DNA of 64,000 nt. It comes from Trichoplax adhaerens. Taxonomy: Eukaryota > Animalia > Placozoa. Position 1 is the first letter of the stretch. Every line of letters starts with the position of its first letter. The notes under the pieces were generated by a model. The model had not been told where the DNA came from. It was given only the letters and a program-made list of their open reading frames with translations, and did no database searches. The translations under genes were made by a program, and so were the position numbers. The DNA lies in NCBI RefSeq assembly GCF_000150275.1, contig NW_002060947.1, forward strand, positions 8,107,880-8,171,879, in the 5' to 3' direction. This document shows, piece after piece, positions 25,212 to 38,000 of this stretch.

Positions 25212-26897
25212 ATGTCTACCAAGAAAGAAGTGACTAGTTTTAATGGCCGAGTTTCCAAGGATGGATCTGGCGAATTTCCAGTGGCCAAGGGCAGATATCA
25301 TTTATACGTTAACCCTGGTTGCCCTTATGCGCATCGAGTCATCATCATGAGAATGTTAAAAGGTTTGCAAGATGTCATCAGTATGGACACCACCCACTGG
25401 TATGTGCATGAAAATGGTTGGCTATTTGACGATACGGAAGAGAATTGCACCAAAGATTCCATTAATGGCTTTAAATTCCTTAAAGAAACTTATATGCAGA
25501 CAAATCCCAACTTTAGCGGTAAAATTACCATCCCTGTGCTGTATGATAAAGTCAAGAAAGTCATCGTCAACAACGAATCTGCCGAAATTTTGGAGATGTT
25601 AAACAGTGAGTTCAATGAATTTTGTCCAACTCAAGAGCAAAAGGACCTCAATATATTCCCTAAGGAACATGAAGAAGCTGCCAAAGAATTACTATCATGG
25701 ATATCACCGTAAGTACTGTGATGTTGATCGATACTGATGTTGCATTCCTGCTTCGTGCAGATACAACGCCAACTGTTCCGAGCCACTAAGGTTATACAGC
25801 TCTGTAGACGATCAATCAGTTATCCATTGGATTGACCTCAGATCATATTCCATTTCAAATGTCGTCATGATTGCTGTCTGTATGCAAAACCAACTACTTT
25901 TTGCATTCAAATGAACGCAACATTTTAGTCGCAGTAACGATGTATTGACACATTCTTATGATTTAGCCCCTTGTCCTACTGGACAAGTGGACAGTGCAGA
26001 TTTCAGACGAGTGTTGTGAATGCAAATTTCCAAATGATGATTCTGTATTGATCAAATAGGAATATCATTACTGGACCTTATCGTGTTGGATTTGCTACTT
26101 CGCAAGAAAATTACGACAAGGCTAGCGATTCCCTGTATGAAAATCTTGACCGATTGGAAAAACACCTATCCAAAAGTCGCTACTTGACCGGAAATTCATT
26201 CACACATGCTGACATCAAGTTATTCGTAGCATTGGTTCGCTTTGATCTTGCCTTTTACACAATCTTCAAGGTTAATATTAGTATTGATGAATTAGTGATT
26301 CACAGTCAGAAAATGACTTCAATTAATTGAAAGATTATGGCTACTAATTACTACAATGCAGTAGTGCCTACATACATGATAGCAACCTTTGATAGTTTCC
26401 TTTCTCATTACTATAAAGTTGATAGTATACGCCGCTGATAGCAATACTTTTGCAATAAAATTGAATTTATTATTGCAGTGCAATTTCAAGCGAATCGCTG
26501 ACTATCCAAATATCTGGGGTTATTTGCGAGATCTTTATCAAACTCCCAGCTTTGGAGATACGGTCAACGCTGATCACATCAGGAAAATGTACTTTGTAAG
26601 TATGCCTTGTTTTCAATGTCAAGGATACTTGTAATAACTAGAAATCATTAATATTAATGCTTAACAAGCATTTCATGGGATATTCATGACATTGAATCGC
26701 TTATATTACCTAACTCAACTACAATCCTACCATTGCAAGTCCTTGATCGCAATGAATGCAAACATGTTGAACAACTCTTTTTATCCTCTATATTATAGTT
26801 GAGCGACCGAAAGCAGAAACCAACTAACATTCTTCCCAGAGGACCCGTTGTTGATTTCTCAGGCAAACATGGACGTGAAGCTTTAGCATCAGCATAA
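25212..26897 (+). CDS. GHR-like protein, copy 6, derived subfamily (CPYAH), 307 aa, 4 exons
   Basis: Exons 25212-25708, 26060-26270, 26479-26595, 26799-26897; intact frame. Motifs NPGCPYAHR, KITIPVLYDK, VNNESAEI, NIITGPYR, RFDLAFY, HIRKMYF, QKPTNILPRGP. Introns show little resemblance to those of copies 3-5. Confidence 0.92.
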
Positions 26898-28670
26898 AAT
26901 GAAAGTAAACTACTTATCTTAGTAGGCGATGTCCATTAAGGGTGTTCTATGATTCACTTGAATCTGTTATGAAAGGATTGCAGTCATGATTTGTTTGCAT
27001 TAACAATATGATTTCTATATCTATAGAGTTAGGAATGTAGCTTAGCGAGCAATAACCAATAGCTTAATTATTACTGTTTCTACAGATAGAACATTTAGTG
27101 AGGTAATAAATCATATAATACCACTTGCACTGTATTTGATTTTATCCAAGACATCATACTGTATATTCAAAATAAAAATTCTAGTTAAAAATTAAATGTT
27201 CAACTGGAGTAGTTTTCTTGCCTTTGGAAACATGGTTGTTATTAAATTGCTGCTTCACATAGACTAAAATTTTTTCTACTACGTAAACACCAACCGATAC
27301 ATTAACAGTCACATAATACGCATCTCGAATACGAATATTGGACCATTTAGATTGCTAAAATCTTTCGTGCTAGTCTTGTTAACCTAGATGAATTCATAAT
27401 TTAACTTTCTAAATATCTTCAGTTATCAGGAAATAATGGTGAATATGACTATTGTAACATTAGGGAATCTAAAGTGGCTGCAATCTCTCCTGCTAGTCCT
27501 ATTAGCAGAAATGTAATCATCACTGAATTACTTGGATATCTTTTAGTGATCCGAATATATCGGTGAATTCGTAGTGCTTGTCCAACTTTGCTTCGTGTAG
27601 GATATTGCTGCATGAGAAATTCAGTTGCACCGTATTTGATATTGCAACGTCGATCTTCTTAAATTATATTACGGAGCCATATCTTAGTTTCACTTTCAAA
27701 CAAGCAAAGCATAGAATTTATAAACTGAATACTCCGGCCATTTCTTCGTAATGTTATTTTACTGTTATCTTCTAATAAGCTTGATCTTCCTTAGCTAATT
27801 GCAGTAAATTAACTGGATAATAAATTCGAATATTCTTAAATTTTACAACTACGGTAATGAAAGCTAATAATTGTTAGAGTGCACAGAAATGACTGTCATT
27901 AATTACAGTAACATACCTGTAGTGTATTCCGCTCATGGTCATCATTCGGAGCTTTGATATATCTGCATTTCTTGTGCTCCAATACAGGATTGTGTACGGT
28001 AAGAATATTACTACAGCCAGAGAGCATTGCAGATCCGAAAGTTAATAATTGGAAGAAGTCAATTATTAGTTATTCTGCTAAGGATATACTGAATATAATT
28101 ATCAATCGAATATTTATCAAAAACATCTAGCCAATCCCCAATATCTGCTTATTTCATAAACCGTGATTAATAATACAAGAAAATCAGGGCCGTATCTCAT
28201 GCCTCAACATGGAAGGATGTTCATAAAATCTGTTTATTGAATTTGATTAGATAGGCTGCATTACGGCCAACGTATGAGAAGATTAATTAAGTAGTAAGCA
28301 GGATCGTGGCTAAACTAAAGATCGATCTATATTACGAATAGATCACTCGAAAAATTTGGTTAACTTTCGTAAATATTTAAATCGGCTACAATATAAGTTC
28401 CCTAGTTTTGATGGATATATCCACCACGTTCGTGTGTATAGTCTTGGCTTATGCACATCTGGCTCTGTGTAGTTATGTACTGTTTTACTATATCTTCTAC
28501 TGTAGGCCGTTAGGGCAAAGCGCCATAGCCCAACTGAATAATTATCGTGAATTGCGAGTATTCCATGCATGGAATTTGATTATTAATAAATTATTTAAGG
28601 TAGCTACAAAAGCAGCTGCTAGTATTACTGGATTCCATTGTCCATGTATGTGTGGTATATTTGACTTAAT

Positions 28671-29097
28671 GCGATCACGTACTATTTTATTTATCTTCAC
28701 AACAATTCTAAGTAATAGCAGAAAAATAAACGATTGATTACGTTGATATGACATCGCGAACCATTATTTCTCACTTTACCATTGTGCATTCATTCAACAT
28801 AATGTTTATACCTTTATCAGATTTAAATAGGCAACATAAATAAGACATTACCACCATAAGTTCTAGATTTTGGAAGCATTTCCCATTATGCTAATCCGAC
28901 TAAGTGCGATCACGTACTATTTTATTTATCTTTTGAACAATTATAAAAAATTAATAATAGAAAAAATAATTCATCACGTTCAAATGACGACATCAACCAT
29001 TATTTTTTATTTTGATACTGGGCATTAAACTAAATCTAGTGTTTATGTCTTTATCAGTTTTAAATAGGTTATATAAATAAGACATTACTACCATAAA
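28671..29097 (+). repeat. Diverged direct duplication, period 235 bp
   Basis: gcgatcacgtactattttatttatctt at 28671 and 28906; both copies end in taaataagacatta(c/t)accataa. Confidence 0.85.
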
Positions 29098-32000
29098 TAT
29101 CTTCATTTTGAGTTGATTGATAAATAAATTACAATAACTTTATCTGAAGTAATTTGTACGTCAATCATAGTTCCGCTAAATAATAGTTCTAGGAATTTTC
29201 AAAAAAAGTGTCATCAACCTCATTTAACTATAAATTATATTCCCGTATTACCAGAATATTACATGCGAATTAGCGCAACCGCGCAACTGATTTATTATTA
29301 TGCAGCATAATATATAATTTTAATTTATAGACAAATGTCAAGACATCATATATTATGTTTATTGTGTATGCTAAGCTTATTGTATTTAAATAATATATTT
29401 TCATGGACATTAAATTAAAACTAAGGCAATTGAATATTATCATCTATGCGCTATTAAATGTTGATTGACAGCGCAATTATGAATTACTTTTATTTTAATC
29501 ATATGAAGCGAATAACTTAATCTAGCTTTAAAATCTGAATTGATAGTTTTCTTTTCAACTGGAGTGTAATTATATTGTACTATTGTATTTTAATTTTTCT
29601 ATTTGATATCGTCCTTTAAGCTGTTAGAATAAAAAGCTTCAGACATTATCATTTGTCGTAACTGAGTAGACAACGAAAGCAAATCAGTTTCTTCATCATC
29701 AAATTTAAATTTTTCAATACCTGTATTGTCATCATCCTTTTAATCTAAGTATCTTGCCATAATTCTGTTATAAATAGTATATATTGTTGCATATCTTCAC
29801 ATATCTATTTTAATAACGCAAATCCTTTTGGATATTCGTCACCATCACGATGCTTCTATTGTTAATTGGTTAAGCGATACTTTTATAAGTAGCATCATTA
29901 ATACTGTTTATCAAAATAGCTCGTAACTTTTTAACAAAATAGATAAAGTTACCGAATTGGCGATTTAATTTTGCTTCTTCGACCAAAAATAGGCATAGAA
30001 AATACATAGCTATTTATATTTAGACTTAAGAGAATTCAACAATACCTACAGTATATATCGCTGGCTTTGCTATTTTTGAAATTATATAAATACAGGATTT
30101 GCTGCTAGTATAGAAGGAATCTGCAAGCATTACAACTGTAATCTAATGGAAACTGGAATGATTTTTTATCTGTATGGGCAAGTCAATTCCAGCATATTAA
30201 TTATTTTATTTTTGAAACTGTAGCATGAATGAACTCAGTTATAAATCAATTCTAATTCTAAAGCCATTATTATTTGGATACCCTAATGTAGACTTTAGTC
30301 AGTAAAGAACAGAATTGGGTTCGAATACAGAAAAAGCGTATCTGACTGCAGTTTAGAAGGATGCACATAGGTTAGTAAATGAAATAATTTTTGCTGCGGA
30401 ATTTTAAAAATGATTGACTTCTGTTTTATCTCATTAGCCTAGAGAAGTAAAAATTTAAAATAGCTGAATATCATCGTAAATAATCTGCGCAATTCGATTA
30501 AAACAACAATATTTAAAAGTAACTATTAATAACTTACTACAAAACAATACGATTAATAATATTTCGTCTCGTAAATATAGTCGCCTTAGGTTACTTAAGC
30601 TCATTTATTACTATCAAAGCTGTTACTTAGTGTTACTTCCTGTTTAATATTATCTGCTATACTATGATTGTTATTTCTATACAGCGTTTATAGTAAAGAA
30701 TGTTGTAAACAGAATACATTACGTCAATACTGTGCAATCAAGAACAGAGCTGATGTTTTGCTATTTACTATTTATTATCTAACAATTTACTTAATTAATA
30801 TTACTATTTCCGATTTGACAGTTGCAGCGCAGATAAATAGCCATCAATCAAAAGAAAAACATTGGCTTATTGTGGTACTAATAAGAAGATTACGATTAAA
30901 TTCCTTTACATTTACTTTATAAGTTATTGTCTTGTAAACGAGTACTGAATAAAAAAATTAGGCAGTTATCTAATTGGCTTGCTGTTATATTACTAGCATT
31001 TATATTGAGTAATAATATAATTCACATAGGATTAGACTATTATTTATTACTGTACTATTCACTTATATATGTATTCTATTCTTCTTCGTTTACCTTGACT
31101 GAGTAAGATTATAAGTAAATTATTTATATCATTCATATTATAGATCAAGGATAATAAGGTGTCAATCAAGTCAAGATGCTGTTTATCATTAGTACTGATT
31201 GATAGCCTATAGAAATGAAAGCGATGCTATTCTTTTCCGTAAATATGATTGATCGATCAAGTTACAAATCAAGATATTAAGTATAATATGTGTGCGTACT
31301 CGATCCTACAAAAGCTCAACATGCAATAGCTTCTTTCAGATTACATGTCCGATATGATATTTGATTGACATATTTCGTAATTTGATTGCTATATCCTTTG
31401 TGTAAGTAGTAAACATAGAGTAGCTTCAATTTTCATTCACCTTAATCTTTTCCTTGATTCTACGAACGTATCGGAAAACTATTTAGAGAGTAACCATCTA
31501 AGGAATAAAATTAGAAAGGAATAGTAGCGCCAGTTATAAGCATTAAAATACTGTTACCCAGTTATCCAGGATTGGATATGGAAAAAATACTTTCATATTG
31601 ATTGTATACTACAAGCATCTTTAGTTTTTCAAATGCAAAATTAAAATTATGTTCAGCTTGCTTAGGTAAAAAGTTAATTTCTAAATCTCGTACAGTTTTG
31701 CGCTTAAAAATGTTTGGCTGGAATAAGTGGAGCCAACAGTTGATAATTAAACTACTGAAACCAGATTAATTCTGATTGTTTATGAAAATACCTCTGATAA
31801 GACAAATGACTGCGGCTTGAGGGAGAAAGTCTGGTGTAGTAGTTATCGCACCTGATATTTTGACTAGCAGTGAATATAAGGCCTTTAAGGCTTTCCATTT
31901 TCAGTCATTTCGTAATTTTAGTAGAACGGAGCTAATCGTATAGAATTGTTCAATTTTGATTGTAAATGACTCAAACCATTTGCAATTCTAATTGCCATTA

Positions 32001-35000
32001 AAATTTTATTGAGTCGTATTTTTTATTTTTTTAATAATATTTAATTTAGTTGATTCTGCTAGTTATCTAATCACGACAGACTTCATATTTTTAAGATTTT
32101 GAAGATTCAAGTGTATTATATCTTTTTATTTAAATAATACGTATTTTAACACTTGCAGTCTAGTGAAAATATTTCTTGATTAAAAATACTTGTTAATGGA
32201 AGTCAGCACTTGAAGAGATTCAGAAAAAAGATAAATATCGGAAATATGAGTATAGTTACCTGTATATAATACACCAATATTTCCAATTCTTTAATGGATT
32301 AAATATTTAAAAGTGTAATTAGATTGTATAGGATTAGTTTCAGTCGTAATTTGATTTGCAGTAACTATTTTAGAGAGATATAAAACGAATAGGACATGTT
32401 ATCGTGGTTACTTAACAGAAATACTGAATTATCTGCAACGAGATAATGTTATAATTTTCATTTACACTTGAATATCAGGTAAATGATCTTTTAGAGTTGT
32501 AAATGAGGATTCCAAACAGGTTCTTTGTGTAATCTATTTTAACAATATCAATCATTAAAATACGCCTTATTGCCTCCTTTAGGATTTCAATCCATAAGAT
32601 TTATGACAAGATTTATCCAGCACATGCTCGAGATCAGTGTCAAGGGCGCAGATATTCCTTCAATTTATCTGCTAGTAAATTCACATTTTGTTCAATTTCT
32701 GGCGTGTATGATACAATTGATTCAACTGTTAAGATATACAATGTTTTTCTAAAATAAATGTTCTCAATTTTACTAATGAGCATATCAATACACATTTAGA
32801 ATAGCTACCACGGTAAAATAACAACAGCACTTAGTGCTGCTAGCAATAATACTTTGTATGGTTATTCCTTGAAAAAGGCTGTCGAAGAAAATTCTATTAC
32901 AAATTGAATATATCTGGTACTATCCACAACCAGAAATTTAAGAAACAGAATAAAGATTGCAATCTTTTGCATTGTAAAGTGGATGACAGTTAACATATAT
33001 ATATATTTGTTTCGAGTTTTACATTGCAGAATTACTAAGAAAGTATCCTTATGCTTATGGCAAGCTTTCATATATGGCAATTCCTACTGCAGCTATAGTT
33101 TTACATAACCCTCAGCTATGCCTCTAGGATAAATTTAAGTCTACATTAATTATAATAACATACCTCAGAAAGATAATCTATAGAAGAAGCTTCTATTAAG
33201 ATCGTTAAAGTTTAAATGCTATAATGAAATTAGTGTGACCTTAAGCTGGATCCTCCGCTGCAATCCATGTATGAGGCGAAATTACACAGACCTTACCCTC
33301 TTTAAACATTTCCAAACTAAATTAAATAATTCTTCGTAACATCTTTCCATTCAAATATTTCTTTTAAACAACAACTCTAGCTGGTCGATTTTAGCTATAC
33401 TTGAAAATTGCCAAAAGTTACCCTCAAAATTCTCGCCCTTGCAGATATTCCAACTTTTAATACTTCCTTAACATAATAACGTCGTAATATTTGCGCTAGC
33501 TATCATTTTTGCAATTTTAACTAGTTACTAAAATATTCATACCATCATTCTCTATTAGGAAGTTTCTTTTCTTACCTAATCTGGCAATTTACTTAAAGTT
33601 TTACTATCATTCGCTTTAGTATAGAATTAAGTTTAATCGGATAAGCAGCCGCTTCAGTTACTGCAGATTTATGTCCCACGACTTAGCTTATCACTGATTT
33701 CTTATCAAAACTTCATGAGCGTATATTTGCAGCGTGGAAATTGTAGTGATCTCTATGATTAATTTCGAACTGTAGTAAAGAGTTAGCTCTTATTCCTAGA
33801 CCTCACTTGTGCTGGTTTAAATCAAGAAATGCCTAGTGAAAATCTAGAATTTCTAAATCGTACAATTGACTAGTTGATGACCTAGTGGATAAACTAGTTC
33901 ATTATAACATATAGATACACTAAAACTATAGCTATCATAAACTATAGCGTCAGGCATTGGATGCGCAGCAAAGTACCTAAAGTAACTTAGATGACGAAAG
34001 TTTACGGTGTCCTACCTGAAAATCGAACTGAAAGTGAAGTAGATGCTAAAATTTCGCAATTTAATAAGGTTGATGATCAAATATTTATTCAGAGATGGAT
34101 AAGGATCTACCCCTTCCAAGTCAGTGATATTTACTAATTTAATAACAATTACTCATCTTGACTAAATAGCTTACTTTAATCTGATTTTTCGTTTGCTAAC
34201 TCTGGTGCAAATTAAAAATTTTAAGGGATTATAGTGAGCAAAAGTCTAAGTACAGTACCAATCCAACATACAAAAATATTGCGAACGCTCATAAAAAAAG
34301 TATTTTCGTTAGTAGTTCATCAATATGGGATTACTTCATTTAAATTATTTTCATTAGTCTGGTGCTTACCAAAACAGTCACAGTAAAAGAATTGAATCTT
34401 TGTTTTTCAAGCAATAAATAAGTAAATTTGGCAATGTTATGACATATTAAATTAAGAGCGTAGCTTCAGCATTCCTTCTAGCCCAGCAATGAAATAAAAA
34501 GATATCGCACAAGTTCATTTACTACTAAATTCATAGATCTAGCCTAATAATAAATAAATTATGAACAGCGAAATAAATAGACTGGCAAAACTTGCTTAAC
34601 TGTTCACTTTATTATTCATGAGAAAGATGATTCTCTGTTTACTAACTTCCTGTTTTTAAATGACATGGCCAAGTTACAGTGTCTTTCATTATTCCTTAAA
34701 TTTCGACATTGATATCAATTTTTTAACTAATGTTATACATACGTACGTAATAATTCGTGGTCTAGACATAAGAACCGAATGTTTAGCATTATACTTTGTC
34801 ATAATTGAGAGGCAAAAAGATTAAACAGTAAAAAGTATGACGACCTTTATGTTACTGTCTGATTCCATGACTGACTTGGCTTTTAAGAAAAATATAAGTG
34901 AATACATTATTTAAATTCTGTTTACCAAAAGTTAATGTCTCTTAATCCCTAGGAGAAATTAGCACTACTAACGGCAAGCAATATTAGGATATAATAGTAC

Positions 35001-38000
35001 AGCCGAATATCTAAGAAAAATCTATGATAGAGCAAAACAATGATAAAGATGACGATGGAATTGGAATAAATTTTAAAGATATGTGAGCAGTGATTCGTTA
35101 AAAATTTGGACTTCACAAGTATATCGGATCACAATTTCTACTACTTCAAATTTTGCATTTACTAGATAAAATTCTCTTGATCAATCTATGATGTTGTTTA
35201 CTTAAAAGATTGACAAGATATAAATTATTGTTGATATATTTATTACTTCTGGCTTAAGGACCTTAAGAATGAAGGCGGCATCTGACACAGTTGTGAAAGA
35301 TTTAAAACCACATTACGTCAATAGACCGCATTCATACCTTATGCACGTGATTTTTGTCGTCAGAATGACGACGATATTACTCAGAAATATAGCTTTTATG
35401 CAATGCTAAAAAATTATACGTAGCAATTACCAGACATTAGAGCGAACTGTAATATTATTTTGTTTACCAGACAATTAGAGAATGTAAAGATATAAATTCT
35501 TAATAATTAATTAATCATGCGGTATGTGAATGATCACTGTTTAGCGGCAATACTGTATCTACAAATAAAGAAAAGAATTAAAGAAGGATTATTGTTAATA
35601 AATGACAGACATTTAAGATTCGTTGTTGAGTGCAATTTTGAAGTTAATGCTGTCAAATTCTCATCAGATTCGACATATCATAGAATTACGACGAAGTTTA
35701 CATTATCTGCTCAAATACGCTTCGTATTGATGATTAATACGTACTTGTTTATCTCATTTAGTTCGAAAGCTGTTTTAGGGCTATTTAATGACTTAAAATT
35801 AAAAATATTAAGGTTTGATAACTTGTTTTCCATTTAATTATGTAAAATATAATCTGGCTAAGAATAAAAAGAAAGGCATCTGACAATAATTGACTTTAAT
35901 GCAAGTGTTCCGATTTAATTCTACCTAATAATCGCTTCTGTTCATTCTGAATAATATTATAATGTTCGTTAATTTTATGACTATGCTATTAAGTATTTTG
36001 TTAATAGAAAATATCGATTGTTTTCTAAGTTTTATTTCCAATTGAAATATTGATAATGGTATAGAACTGATGTTATGCGGAGTGCAAAGCGTCATATTAA
36101 ATGGTACGTGAATATCTTTTACCCGCCTTTAACTCTGACTTTCAATCGCTTATCAATATTGATACCAGAGATACGAGTTTTACATTCTAAAAAGAGTTGA
36201 TAACAATTCATTTATATCCAATTCAATATTAAAGTATTAGAAAACGATCTGGATTTGACATTATCATATTTGAAGAATTTATAGTTCAATATCGTGATGT
36301 CGATAGATTCAAATTTCTCGAAACTATTATAGTAAACATCAGCGTAGGGCATTGTTACTAGTACAATTGTCATTTGTTATTTTAAAAAAATTATAAGAAT
36401 ACCATTTGACTTATTACGGCATGATAGCTATAAAATTTAAAATACTGTTAATAATTAATTTAATAAATCCATTTCTAAGCCCTATTTTATTAAGTTTTAG
36501 GAACTAAATTATTTAGCCTACGTAATTCGATCAGCGTAACTAGTTAAGGTACTTTTATATCTTGTATTCTATTTGCTATAATTTGAAGTGATGTCAAGAT
36601 GAGAAATTCAGGTATTGATTGATTATGGTATCTAAAAATTTCATAATAACGTGCTATAACAATCTAGAAGTTACTTAGGTATTCGGAATATTATAAATTC
36701 CTGACAACTGTGATCCAATCACAAACTATTTTTATAGCAGCTTAGAACCTCTGATTACGAACAATATTCGACCAAAGCCTGACATACTCTGGATGCAATT
36801 GCCTAGGAATAAATCAGTTTATCATAACTAAATATATTGCTTACTAAAGAAATAAAGCCTTCGTTTATTCTAATCTTAATATGTAGCCATATTTTCTTTG
36901 TTTGATATAAAAACTTTCAGGTACAATAACAATCGAAGCGATCCAATTCAAAGTATAATTAAATTGCACAGGTACATATTTAATATAAAAAATGTTCAGA
37001 TGTTAACAGCATTAAGTTGTAAAGTAACTTTATAATAATACTCTATTTTACTCTAGTATTGAATAACAAAATTTGATGTTTTCTACGTCAATTGAAACTT
37101 ATTTTCATCAATTAGGAGTGTGCATTTCTGTATTGGTGGTAGCTATATTTAGGTATATTATATAAAATCTGTCAATCATCGTTAAATTATTCTTATTAAT
37201 ACGGAAGTTCCTGTTTTTCGTGTTCCTTTTAAATCGATCCTTTTATAGTTGAAGGCGTTGATTGCTTGGTAATTTTAAATTATGTTACCATTAATTTTAA
37301 ATAATAAAAATCAACATACGATTTGTCAGTTTACTGCAATGTATGATTTACGGAGAAATTGTTTGTTATTCTTAGTTAATATCATTGCTGAGCTTATATA
37401 ATACATTGAACTTTGATCAAACATGAAAAATATTACTGGCGCTTTCTTGGATTTTACGCCGATAATCAGCTGTTTACTACTTATGCAAACTTCAATAACT
37501 ACCTATAAGTAGTCATAATCTGCGGTCAAGCTGGCTGAGATGCCTAGGAGTCTAGTACGGCTTTATGAATTAGATTTTATGAAGTACAGTAGGATAACAA
37601 CTAATACTCCTAATAAGGTCTAAACAAATACCGATAACAATTTCTATAAAAGATTTCACAAAAGTAGAATCTCTACCAGAGTTCAGTCACACAACATTTT
37701 ATAAAATCTACTGCACTTCATAAAAGGTATGGTTCAGGCAAAAATAGAAATTACTTTCCTAGTGCAGTAGTTACTTTGATTTATATGATCTTGCCTTCGA
37801 ATAATTCTAAATGGATATATTAATTAAGACATGTTTTGAAATTGAATCTGATCACACTTAATGTTTCGTAAATCAGTCAATTTCGAAGTGAATTGTAATG
37901 ACGTAAATTATAAATAGTTCAATTTTTTATTTGACCCTAACTCTAAAGGCTATCAAGGCTATCGCCTTCATCCTGATTTTGGAGTGTTACTGTTTTTCTA

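Noticed and set aside
2167-25712. ORF-track proteins of 166-201 aa suggesting truncated or pseudogenic GSTs
   Set aside because: Each is exon 1 reading into an intron; splicing gives full-length 307-329 aa proteins.
12170-26866. Recurrent minus-strand ORFs (MLNINRF..., MISSKPFN..., MPEKSTTG...)
   Set aside because: They are antisense shadows of duplicated GHR exons, and their recurrence is explained by the duplication.
2203-26897. Selenocysteine or peroxisomal PTS1 variants of GHR
   Set aside because: All catalytic codons are TGT/TGC, and the C-termini (LDQ, KLY, ASA, ASE) are not PTS1.
27420-28060. Possible minus-strand exons (e.g. ...NDDHERNTLQ|gtatgt and ...FTDIFGSLKDIQ|gtaatt)
   Set aside because: No recognisable domain, and I could not build a consistent acceptor/frame chain.
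30310-30345. gggttcgaatac resembling a tRNA T-loop
   Set aside because: No T-stem complement or cloverleaf around it.
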